A stretch of 64,000 bases of DNA from Magallana gigas (taxonomy: Eukaryota). The notes under the pieces were generated by a model, which was given only the letters and a program-made list of their open reading frames with translations, had not been told where the DNA came from and ran no database searches. The stretch lies in contig NC_088861.1 of NCBI RefSeq assembly GCF_963853765.1, positions 11,718,001 to 11,782,000 on the forward strand, read 5' to 3'. Position numbers and translations under genes: made by a program. Below are positions 50,807 through 62,795 of the stretch, piece by piece (position 1 is the stretch's first letter; each line of letters begins with the position of its first letter).

Positions 50807-50959
50807 NNNNNNNNNNNNNNNNNNNNNNNNNNNNNNNNNNNNNNNNNNNNNNNNNNNNNNNNNNNNNNNNNNNNNNNNNNNNNNNNNNNNNNNNNNNNNN
50901 NNNNNNNNNNNNNNNNNNNNNNNNNNNNNNNNNNNNNNNNNNNNNNNNNNNNNNNNNNN
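50807..50959. other. Assembly gap (N run)
   Basis: 153 N. Confidence 1.
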
Positions 50960-51868
50960 TACAGGCAGTGGGAGCTAGTAGCTAAAATACGTTGTCAGTT
51001 AATGCACTTATGCTGTTGATAAGATCATAATTAAATAATATAATTCAAAAGTTATGACTATACTTATTTATTGTTTTTACTACTTTATGTAATTGATATA
51101 TTCATAAGTTGTATACGTATTCGGAATTGTTGGAATATAAATGGATTGGATTATATCGGATCGACCATACGCATTTAATATTATTACTCGTAATAATTAT
51201 CAAACGAGTGATCTATTCATTTCTCTTTCTCATTGCATTAATTAAAAAAATCCATAATTCTTAATTTTATGCTTTCGACATAAAATATCTACAATGACTC
51301 TATCTGCCAAAGTAATTGTGGGCTGCAAACCATGTCAGCAATCCTATAAAATGATTATATAAATAAAGGCAAAGTAAAACGTTTGTACTTAAATAAAAGA
51401 TAGTATTTTGAATATACAAGGTATTACAAGTTTTTGACAAAGTCTTTTTACAAGGAGATATGAAAAAGTTCAGACAAGGCATAGAAAGTAACGTTTTTTA
51501 TGTGCCTGTGTTATAAACCTAATATTTAAAAACAATCCAGCCAAATGCGATGTATTTATTAACTGTGTATGTCAAAAAACGTATATCGTTCAGAGTTCAC
51601 GAACTTTTCCCCATAAATTTAAAGTTATTTATTGTGACAGCTAAACTGCTTCGTCCGACGCCAAATCTCGTCGCACTCGGGAAATATTAAAGAAAAGTTT
51701 AAAAACTGCCTTCGGGTAATGATTTGATTTTCCACAAAAAAATGTCTTTGAAAAACATTTATTAAAAATGTTCATACTTGAATTTTAAATGTTGATTTTT
51801 ACAACATACTTAAATACAAATAGAAACAACAACGTAAAATGTGTCTTAATATTTTTATTAGCTCCATA

Positions 51869-53162
51869 TCAAACTCTTATAAAAAAGGAGCTGCCACTGA
51901 GTATGGATATTAAAATATGTTTGCTGTTCTTAGATTTCGTTGTCCGTAGTTTCCAGATGCAAAACAAATTTTTAGAGTTGCGTGGATATTTCTTTCTGCA
52001 CTTACGTACACAAATATACCATGATTTTCAAGACAAGTTTGATAAAATTACTTTAAATCTTTTAAAGCTTGGAAATCAGTCTATTGCATATTCAAATTGA
52101 AACATTCATGAAAATATTTACTTTTACCTTTTCTCCAAACTGTTCAACTCTTTCCAACGCTTTTGATGAGTCCGTGGTGAGTAACCTATAGCTGCACCAG
52201 ATTTTATTCTATTCTCGTCCTTCTCAAAAGTTGATTTTCCTTTTAAATGAAAAATAGATGACAAAAGAATTTTTAATTTTTATCATGATGATCCGAAAAA
52301 GAGACTAAAGAGATACTTTTGAAAGCACGATGATTAAATCTAAACAATAATTCGTTTTATTATGTATTCATTTTCGATTTCTTCCTTTAAAATGAAGCAA
52401 TTTAATATTATATACCCATGATATATTCTTGACAAACTTTATTTACTAGTCAATTTTTACTGTATTTAAAAGTTATTTTCTTGTCAAAGGCTAATTTGAA
52501 TGTATAAAATCTAGTGTTTGAAACGACAAGAGTATATAATGCATTATAAAAGGATTACTTACCACACTTACAATCACAGTTTGTTTGCAGGTCCTTTACA
52601 TACACTTGCTCGTTACAACACAACTCTATTTGAGGTTTGTAAATTCCCTCTGAAATCAACAACCAACGACTTCAATTCACATGGGATAACATAACAGAAA
52701 ATAGTTCGACTATAATGTTTTCTTGCATAAGTTTAAAGCAAAAAATCTGTCATATTCTCTCTTTCCCTTTTTCATATTGCAATTTGCTCACGTGAAAAGT
52801 AGTCCGTATATAAACAAAATTTTGAGTTGTTTGAACACTTATTAAATACTTGCCACCACAACAATCAATTTCCATTTCCTCTTGATATCTCGCATGGACA
52901 CCGGATCTCCGGCAACAAATCTGTGTTGTTTGATTAATCTTTGCGCTGGTAATTTGGTCAATCTTTGAATATACACATTCTCCATCTACAACTACATGTA
53001 CATTCCAGGTCAAGCAATCTGCATTTGCAAATAGTGTATTGGTCTAAATTTTCAAAGGTTTTATACGTATGTATAAAACCAGTACATACCTTTTAAATTC
53101 GAAGAGTTTACGACCGTTATAATGAGACGAAAACTTAGCATCAGGAATGTAAATGCCTTCAT
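51869..53162 (-). CDS. Secreted galaxin-like Cys-rich protein, paralog B (5 exons, 178 aa, frame intact)
   Basis: Exons 53162-53090, 52991-52854, 52649-52563, 52239-52128 and 51995-51869; intron 2 is GC-AG. MKAFTFLMLSFRLIITVVNSSNLK|VVDGECVYSKIDQITSAKINQTTQICCRRSGVHARYQEEMEIDCCG|EGIYKPQIELCCNEQVYVKDLQTNCDCKC|GKSTFEKDENRIKSGAAIGYSPRTHQKRWKELNSLEK|RKKYPRNSKNLFCIWKLRTTKSKNSKHILISILSGSSFFIRV*. Confidence 0.87.
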
Positions 53163-56100
53163 ATTCTTCTTGAAAAATATTGATCCCAAGGTCTCTGGAC
53201 TTCTTTGCTCAAGTATCGGGCAGTAATGTATTTGTTTAATATGATATATTAGAGTATATCATAGCATACTCCTTCATATTCGGAATTTCCTTGCATATAT
53301 CAACCCACGGGTTTTATCTTCTTTTGGATAGAACTTGGGATTTGTCATTTTGGATTTTCCGCTATGTTTAATTGGCCACTAATCTGTGTCCGATAAAATG
53401 CATATTGTCAGGTAGTTGTTAATTTTATCATCGTTTGATGGAATGTACATTGGGCAGCAACATTTAATATGTTCATGTACTTTATTAATTTGACTGGTTA
53501 AAATGGACTGAGTCTGTATGATTTCATAATCTTCATATATAAAGATATCAATTTTTTTGTTTTATAATAAAGGATCATATTTAACATTCGAGCAATTGAA
53601 TCGAAGAACGTTTGGACCAACACACGACGACAAAACAACACATATCAAAGCAATGAAACAAGTGGCAATTTTGTTGCAAAGTGTAAGTCAGAATTTTAAT
53701 GATTGTTTTATATTTATTAAAATTCCAATGCTATATTTGTTATGTAATGGTACAGGACATAAAATGTGAAACATATTAGTTTAACAAACAACCAAGAATA
53801 CGCTATAGTGAGGATTAAATATACAGTGCGCAAAAATATGTGAACGGTTCATTCATGAAAGTCCAATCCTACGAAAAAGATATCGTTGAAATCATTAATT
53901 TAAAGAGCATTTATAAAGTATTTGCTTATCATAAATACTGAATGAAAAATTTATAGGACAAACTGTAAATACAAATCTGGCATGATACACTTAAAAAGAA
54001 TGCTGAGGTTATAATTACCTTGACATTTTTTAAAAGTTGAGTGCACTCATTCGATTAACGTTCGTGTGCATTGAAATCCGGTATGTAAAAACGCGTATCA
54101 GCAATTATATATCAATGAGGCTTTAGAACACGATCAAAGCTCGTTTTGAAAACATTTTTTGCCTCACATCGATTAATTTATCATATTTATCTACACTGAT
54201 TAAATTACGAAAAAAAGGGTGGAGTTGGAAAATCTTCTTTAATCACAAGGGATTATAATTATTTAAGAATATATTTAGATGATTGTGAAAAAGAAATAAG
54301 TACCTACAAAACCCTTTTAAGTTTAAATAGGTTATCTTCAAGAAAAACTGCGCCAGTTTGGATTACTTGTAAGCATTCTCTAGATTTCTACCCTCATTCA
54401 TATACTGTCTCAAATGATGAAAAAATCTAGCATTTCAAAAGAAAAATATTTGCGTATTTCTTACGTTTTTTTAAGTTAAAGGTGGAAATAAATTGCAATG
54501 AACAAATTTGAATTGAAAATTTGTTCAGCACATCTATATTTATACTTGATATCCACTAGATCTAAACTATTACCCAAGAAAATATGAAATGAAATTAATT
54601 TTAAAAATTTTCAGCTTTATGATGCAGACGATCACTAACAACATTACACAATTCAAGATCAATGTCCCCTTATCTTGTCAGATAAAAAATGTAATAAAAA
54701 AACCTTTGTTGTTTCTAGTAGGCAAATGGCTTAAATATGCAATTTTAAATTAAACTTCTAGTTAAAACTGTTAAGCTTTAATATGCGGACGATCACTAAC
54801 AATATCACACATTTCAAGATCGATGAATCCTTATCTTGTCAGATAAAAAATGAATTAACCAATTGCCGTTGATATGTCAAATGCATTACTTTGGGTAGCT
54901 GTGGGTATCTACAACATTGACGAAGCCTGCATGTATTCATAACCTTAATGGTGAGTTGATATTTTGATGACACTGCGTACCGAAAACGCCACTGGGCCAT
55001 ATACTGTTAAGTAAGACACTTGTTTGAAATTTAAAGACTTAAATTTATCAATCTTGGTCATACTTTGATAAATAAGAAAAAAAATATTTACTCCACCAAG
55101 AAAGTACCTTTTCCCCATGGTTCTAATAATTAAGGTTACTATTTTAAGCTCCTTCAAGTTGTCTTAAATGTTGCGCGACCTACTGCTGCATTATTTACGT
55201 TTATATATAATGTTACTTATATTTTGAAATGAAATAGAATGTACGCACTACTTGCAATCTGTAAGTCTAACAAACAACACAGATTAGGTTACTTCGAGGA
55301 TTACCCCAGGGCGCAAAACTATGTCAATGATTCATTCATAAAAGTTCGTTACGACAATTCATACCTACATAAAAGGTATCTTTTCAATCATAAATTTAAA
55401 TAGCAATTACAATGCATTGCTCATTACAGTTACTTAATAAAAAGTTTCACATGGCAAACTGAGATTTAAAATCTGGCATTATACATAAATAAAGAACAAT
55501 GTGGTTTACCTTGACATTTTGCAAAGTTAAGTGCATTCGTTTGATTATTTGCTGTGTATATTGGACAAAAGTATCTAAAAAGGCGAATCAAAAGTTGTAT
55601 ATAAACACGATCAAAGTTCCTTTTCAATGCTTCCTTCACATTAAATAGAATATTCTATCATATTATCTGCATTGATTAAATTAGGGCAAAAAAGATGGTA
55701 TTGGACACTTTGTCTTGAATCATAGGGTTTTCTTAAAACTTATATTTGGATGTTTGTACAAAAAGTGAATATCTGTCAAAACCCTTTTAATTTGAAATAA
55801 GTTATCGTCAAGAAAAACTGTGTCAGTGTGGATCACTCATATGCATTCTCCAGATCTATACCTTCATTAATGCACCGGATCAAATGTTAAAAAATCAAGC
55901 ATTCCAAATGAAAAAAAAAAAATGCTTATTCCTTATATATTTTTTTTTGGGGGGGGGGGGGGTAAAGGCAGAAGATAATTTACAATGGACAAATTTCAAT
56001 TGAAAAAAAATCAGCATATCTATATTTATCCTTGATATCCACTAAATCTAAAACAATACCCGTGAAAATATGACATAAATTTTTACGCTTTTTCATGCAG

Positions 56101-56515
56101 ACGATATCTTACAATTTTAAATGTGATTCATGCCTACAGGAATGGTATCTTTTCAATCATGAATTTAAAAAAGGTTGGTAATTTTTTGTTTGTTTTGTTC
56201 TTTCAATAATACGATATCTCAAAAAATGCACAAATTATTTTCGATTGAAAAAAATTATTGATACCATGCATAGAAGATCAAATGGTCTTCTACAGGAAAG
56301 AATTACATTTTTAAGCCAGTATAGAAACTAATCTACACTTTTTAATGCTTAAACTCGAATTGGTTATTCGTTCGGCTGTTAAATATAAGTTTGTCCAAAA
56401 ATCTTTACCCTTGTTTTCGTACAAAATTAATGTCTAACCCATCAATATTAAGACTTACAGATATTTATGAATAAGCTTTTTAAAATCTCTGTATTATATA
56501 ATAATCAAATATTAA

Positions 56516-56941
56516 ATGGGCATGGTCACGATCTAGTCATTTTTTATATTGTTTATTGTTAAATTGCTTTCGTCATCCTCTTCTAAACAACCAAAATGTG
56601 GATGTCAATTAAAGAGTGATAAGCAAACATAAATCTCACAATAGCTCATGCCATATTTTTGTGTTACATTAGTTCAATAAACCAGTAAAAATTCTATTTC
56701 AAGCTGATTTTTCTGTCTGCTAAATCGTTTTGAACAAAAATAAACGGTTTCAAGCATATCCATTTTAGGTCTAAACCTTCCATATTCTTGTCAACATTCA
56801 AAGGAAAAAAACATACAAACATGGCCTAAACTTTGTTTATATACTAAAAACTTATGACTCCTGTATCTCTCTTAAATCTCGTCGACTGCCACTCAAATTG
56901 TGATTGATTTGAACGTCTTACCAAAGCATTGTGACCATGCC
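56516..56941. mobile_element. Kolobok-type MITE (same family as 20259-20796)
   Basis: TTAA followed by ATGGGCATGGTCAC; the right end GTGACCATGCC is an 11-bp inverted match. Confidence 0.6.
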
Positions 56942-58761
56942 AAGTTACAACTGAGGTTCTGGTCACTAAAGATTTAAGTACTTGGATGCGTTATTAAATT
57001 TTTAAATAAACCAATGCCTTTATTGATAGGAATTTAAAAAAGTAAAATTCATTTATTTATTTTACAATAGAAATACTTACATTTTTCACTTGCCAAAATT
57101 ATCACTTGTTTAAAATTAGAATTTTCTAAACATTATCTGAAAGAAACGTTTTGGCCGTTTGCTTGCTAACAAGTTAAATGGGTTATCTAATGGACTAGCT
57201 ACAATGAGTTCATGTTTTTATCGTGCTCATTGTATAATCTGCGCTTGAAAATGAGGACATTGTGCCTACATACACTTCTTTTGCTATATAAATACACCCA
57301 TTACACACACCATAAAATTGGCTGAATAAGCTGGATTCTAAAAATATGTAAATTATGTATTCAGAGTTCTGTGTGTTATTTTATGAGTTCACTTGGATTT
57401 AATTTCGGACTCGGAAAACAATTTATGGGGGCGATTAAAGTGAGAGGTGTGGAAATCCATTGTGCAGTTCAGAGAGCAATTAACCTTTTTTATTACCACA
57501 CTTAAACACAAATACGCTAAATTTGAAAAAAAGAAATCATTATCTTGAAGCTATTATTAACGTACATACAATAATGTAATGTAATATATTTGACATAAAG
57601 CTAAAAACCTGATTGAAGAGCACATAGAAAGATTGATAAAAATACTTAAATTTTTGAGTAAAAAAAAAGAAATGTTTACACTTAATTGAACTCAGTTCAT
57701 AATTACAATCACTAAATTAAGCATAAACATTTACATGCACAATTTATATCAACGCGTGAACATGTATGCAATTTTTTTAATTTATGATAAAAAATCGCAA
57801 ACTTTTTTATGCATTTAAAATGCGAAGTTTTTTTTTTAGTATTAATAGTTTAATAAAATTTTATAAATAATGATATCAAGATATCAGCCTAGATGTTTCA
57901 ACGTCTGTAAATTACAAATGCATTTTGCATGTTGTCTATTATTTTGTACTGAACGTCAACTACACAACATAATTTTGACAAAAATCAGTATTTTATTTTA
58001 CATAAATACATGTAGTATATACATTGAAAATGCTGCTCTTTTAATCACGTAATAAGAATCGGTAGCTCTTAAATACCTTTGAATAATACACGATATTACT
58101 TAACGACACTTCAACATTCTTGCTCTGGTTTTCAATGTCTCCAGAATCGGACATAAACCTTTTAATTTTTTTGACCAAACAAAGAAAGTATTAGTCAGCT
58201 TTGAGGGGGATTCATGGAAACTCAATGGAAAGTTTCAACTTATGGTGATATATATTGAACTTTTTTAAACTAAGCCTCAGGTAAGGCGTTTAAGAAAGAT
58301 CTCGGTCAAATAGCAACAAGCTTTCCCAAAAAAAAATGTGTCAGCAAATAAAGGGTTTTCTCCTTGCCATTTCTGTCACATTCTATTTGCATCATATATA
58401 AGTTGTAAACAAGAACCCTGGTATTTTTATGGATTGACTACCAATAGGACATTCCTTATTATGCAAAGAATAAATAGCGGAAATATGTTTTGTTTTCATT
58501 TTGTCGTATAGAATTGCACTGGTGTGCTCTCAAGCATTTAAACTATGATTAATAACTCAATTTTAACAAGACTATTTTTCTTTCGTATAACATAATTTAA
58601 CAGCCCTGAAAGCAGTTGCTGCTTCACAGGTAAATGTAACTTTACCCATCATATCCCTGTTATGTGTTTAGAATTCAAATGAGACAAATAAGTAGCATCA
58701 GTTTATCTGTCAAATCTATATTTATATACCAAGAACTAAAAAAGATCCTCTGCATGTGGTA

Positions 58762-59810
58762 CGAGGGTTGTTCGGAAATTATTGAGACAACACAGATATT
58801 TCCATTTCTATGTGACGAATTATGGTGAAAGTTGGCATGAACATTGAAGAAACCTTAGCAAATAATTAAAGAAAGTAATATTTAAAAAATGTTTAATATT
58901 TTGTATACAACGGTAGATTAACAAATCGGTGGTCGCGGTACCCGGCGCAAGCATAAACTCGGAGAATAAGAAAACTAAAACATCGTCTATCTAAGTGTCC
59001 GCAAACTTACAGCTTAAACTAAAAGAAATCAGATTATATATGTTTATTTTGCTATTAATTGTGACTAACTTTTGATCAACTTTCACGAGTGTGTGAGTTG
59101 AAATACGGATATGGTACAAACATATTTACCAAGCAATAGGAATTTGAAAACGACAGTAGATAGAAATTTGACGTCAAGGCGGCGCAGCGAATAAACATCA
59201 AATTGATGGAAATTTCGGAAAAAGCCCTTTTAATACCACCCAACTGCTTTAACAAAATCTATACGATGGCAAGGGATAAAGAACTTTAGTTTATCGTCTT
59301 TTTTCACTAATTTTTTAACTAGAATTCAGTCAAAATGACAAAATATCAAGTACTTTTTACACACTAACTGATGTAAACAGTTCTAAAATATGTACACAGA
59401 ATCACTGTAGGAGACATTTCACAGTAATTTGACTTTCAGTTAGAAATGACCCGTTTTTATCCAACAAAATCAAGAATGGAGGGAAGATGCAAATGTTGAC
59501 ATCTTGAAATGTAAACAAAAGATGAGAAATGAAGAATTAATTCTAATTTCCCTTCGTCTGTTAGGTTTTTAAAACATTGGATCAATAAGAAGCGTCAAAA
59601 TGACGTTGCGGTAAGTTTGCGGTTGCGCCGGGTCACTGGGCGATGGCAATTTGGTCAGCTTACCAGGAATGATCCAATCATGCTATGGACAATAATTTTT
59701 TTACATTGAAAAACTCTATCCTGGTGTACGTTTTGGTGAAATTTCAAGGATTTATCTTTTTCCCCAAGGAAATAAGAGTAAATGTCTCAATAATTTCCGA
59801 ACAACCCTCG
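58762..59810 (+). mobile_element. Mariner/Tc1-family non-autonomous element with perfect 28-bp TIRs and TA TSD
   Basis: TA|CGAGGGTTGTTCGGAAATTATTGAGACA ... TGTCTCAATAATTTCCGAACAACCCTCG|TA. Internal remnant AQRINIKLM (~59185-59210) resembles a mariner transposase N-terminus. Confidence 0.9.
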
Positions 59811-61539
59811 TAATGAGAGACATTTGGACTAAATGCTTGCTAATAAAAAGGTTAGTAGGATTTAGACAGCACAATTCAGGCACGATTAAAACCGTTTTTG
59901 AAAGGGTGGGAGAGACTGATCCAAAATTGTGACAAGCCAAATAAAAAAAATTAAAAGTGGGGTGGGGGCAACTCTCTCTCTTTATACGTATTTTTAAGAC
60001 AAATGTTTCCTGGGGGAAAGCGGGGCCCAGTCGTTAACTCACATATATTGATTTAGAAGTATTTAATTTAGCAGATCAGTAAAAGCATGCGTTCTATATA
60101 AATATTGTTTTATAAAATGAGTAATGCTATATAATTCTTGTGGTTTCCTAAAACTATTCATAGGAAACATTTTCGGTGTAATATTCAAAACAAATCTGTT
60201 TCACATTTTCCTTAAATTCCAAAAACAATTATGGGTCAATAATATTCTTTCCCATAATTAAAAGATATACCCTGTGTCAGATAAGCCAGTAATACTGAAG
60301 TCTTGTGGTTTTTTATGAATGAAGTTTATCCATTTAAAGAGCAGAATAAAAAAAAGATATCCTTTTATATAACCTTAAACTTATCTGTGCTACGAATAAA
60401 GACTCTGAATACCCATTCACCTATATATGTGTCATTTAAATTCTTTTCTGTAGATCTCATTAGTTTAGCTAACGATAAAAATTCTGTATGCATAATCAAA
60501 AAATCAAGACGGTATTTGGAGCAATTCTTTAACGAATTAAAAACATAACAAGCAAATTTGCAACACATTCATTACAACTGTTTATACAAAATTAACAGAC
60601 TGAGTAAAGGCTTTGTTTTTATGCCTGTTAGCAAATATTACGAAATCAATGATGTTATTTTACAGTCAGTGGATGTTTATAGCTAAGAAACATTGTCAGT
60701 TAAGCGTTTATAAAAAAAATACGATGTTGATAAGATCATAATTAAATTAATTAATCTTAACGAATGATTTATTTGATTCTCTTTCTAAATGCATTATAAA
60801 TCCCCAATAATTCTTCATATCATGTCTTAGACAGACTCAAACTTTTTACAATGACTCTATTTGCCATAGTAAATGTAGGCTGCAAACCATATCAGCCATG
60901 CTATAAAATGATTATATAAAAAAAACTAAAACGGTTGTACTTCGCGCAACAAAGTATTCTATCTCATATTTTGAATATCCAAGGTACATGTATCATAATA
61001 TTTTGTAATCTTTACCGACAACGTCCTTTTACCAAGAGTCATGAAGGCGAAGATCCGATTAGACATAGAACGTTAGGTTGTTTAGGTGCGTATTTTATCT
61101 TCCAAATATTTCAAACCTTTCAGCTAATTGTGATGTTTTAAATGTGTTTGTCAAAAACATATATCATTCAGTGTTCACATACTCTTTACCATTATTTAAA
61201 GTTATTCACTGTGTCAGATAAACCGCCTCTTCCAACAACAAATATCAACGTATATTATTGAAACAGCAAAACGTTACATTTACAGAATAACGTATTTTCT
61301 AAAGAAAAGGTAAACAACTACGTTCCGGTAATGATTAGATTTTCCAAATAAAAGTCTTTGAAAAACTTTTATTTTAATTTTTATAGATAGAAAATGTTGA
61401 TTGTTACGATTTAATTAAATACAAACACATAAGCTTGAACAACGTAAAATGAATCTTCATATTTTTTTTGGGCTCATAATCAAACTCTTATAAAAAAGGA
61501 TTTGCCACTAAGTATGGATATTAAGATATGTTTGATGTT

Positions 61540-62795
61540 TTAAGATTTCGTTGTCCGTAACTTCGAGATGCAAAACAAAATTTTAGAGTTGCTTCGATGT
61601 TTCTTTCTGCACCTACAAAAATATATATTGACATGATTTTTAAGACAAATTCATTATGATTACTCTAAATCTTTTACAGCTTTAAAATCAATCTATCGCA
61701 TATTCAAATTGACACATTTATGAAAATTTTTACTTTTACCTTTCTTTCAATCTGTTCAACTCTTTCCAACGGGTATGACGAGTCCGCAGTGAGCCAACTT
61801 TAGGCACACCTGATTTCACTCTGTTCTCGTCCTTCTCAAAATTTGATTTTCCTATAAAATGAAAAATAGAATGACAAATAAAATTAAAATTTTTTAAAAT
61901 GATAATCCGAAAGAAGCCTTAAGAGATATTTTGGAGAGCATAAAGATTAAATGTAAACAATAATTCGTTTTATTTGATATTCATTTTTGTTTTCTTTTTT
62001 TTGAAATGATGCAATTAAATTTTTGGAAATCCCTCAAGATATAATCTCAACAAACTTTATATGCTAGTCCATTTTTACAGTGTTTGAAAGTTATATTTTT
62101 GTCAAATACTAATTAAATGTAGAAAAAACAAAAATATACACTGTTTGAAACGATAAGAGTTATATACTGCATGATAAAAGGATAAACTTACCACACTTGC
62201 AATCACAGTTTGTTTGCATGTCCTTTACGTACACTTGATCGTTGTAACACAATTCTATTTGAAGTTTGTAAATTCCTTCTGAAATCAGCAATCAGCAATT
62301 TCAATTCACATAAGATAAAATTACAACAAAAATATAGTACAAAAATATTTTTTCTTCCATAAGTTAAAAGCCAAAAATCTTTTAAATATTCTATCTTTCC
62401 TTTTTTTCAAATTGCGATTTGCTCACGTGAAAATTATTCCGTATATAGACAAAATTTCGAGTTGTTCAAACATTGTTTTAATACTTGCCACCACAACAAC
62501 CAATTTCCATTTCCTCTCTATATCTCGCATGGACACCTGACCGACAACAAATCTGTGTTGTTTTATTAAACTTTGCGTTGAGAATTTGGTCAATCTTCGA
62601 GTACACACATTCATCGCCTACAACTGCAAATACATTCCAGTTCAAGCAATTTCCATTTGCAAATTAAGTGTATTGGTCGAAATTTTCAAAGGTTTTCATA
62701 CGTATTTATATATCTGTATAACCTCTTAAATTCGTAGAGTTTGCAATCGTTATTATGAGAAAAAAACATAACATCCAGGGTGTAAGTGCCTTCAT
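61540..62795 (-). CDS. Secreted galaxin-like Cys-rich protein, paralog A (5 exons; last exon ends 20 codons early; possibly pseudogenising)
   Basis: Exons 62795-62723, 62623-62489, 62278-62192, 61851-61740 and 61612(or 61606)-61540; intron 2 is GC-AG. MKALTPWMLCFFLIITIANSTNLR|VVGDECVYSKIDQILNAKFNKTTQICCRSGVHARYREEMEIGCCG|EGIYKLQIELCYNDQVYVKDMQTNCDCKC|GKSNFEKDENRVKSGVPKVGSLRTRHTRWKELNRLKE|RCRKKHRSNSKILFCISKLRTTKS*. The frame continues to the paralogous TGA at 61482-61480. Confidence 0.82.

Larger units (their letters stand above)
50291..56110. repeat. Segmental duplication unit carrying paralog B; homologous to 60398-64000 (paralog A unit)
   Basis: Largely collinear similarity from AAAGACTCTGAATA.CCATTCACCTAT (50291/60398) through the gene to the upstream blocks (55240-55600 vs 63650-64000). 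Confidence 0.9.

Noticed and set aside
21485-51019. ORFs containing X runs (21485, 39134, 50751, 50801)
   Set aside because: Artefacts of translating across N gaps.
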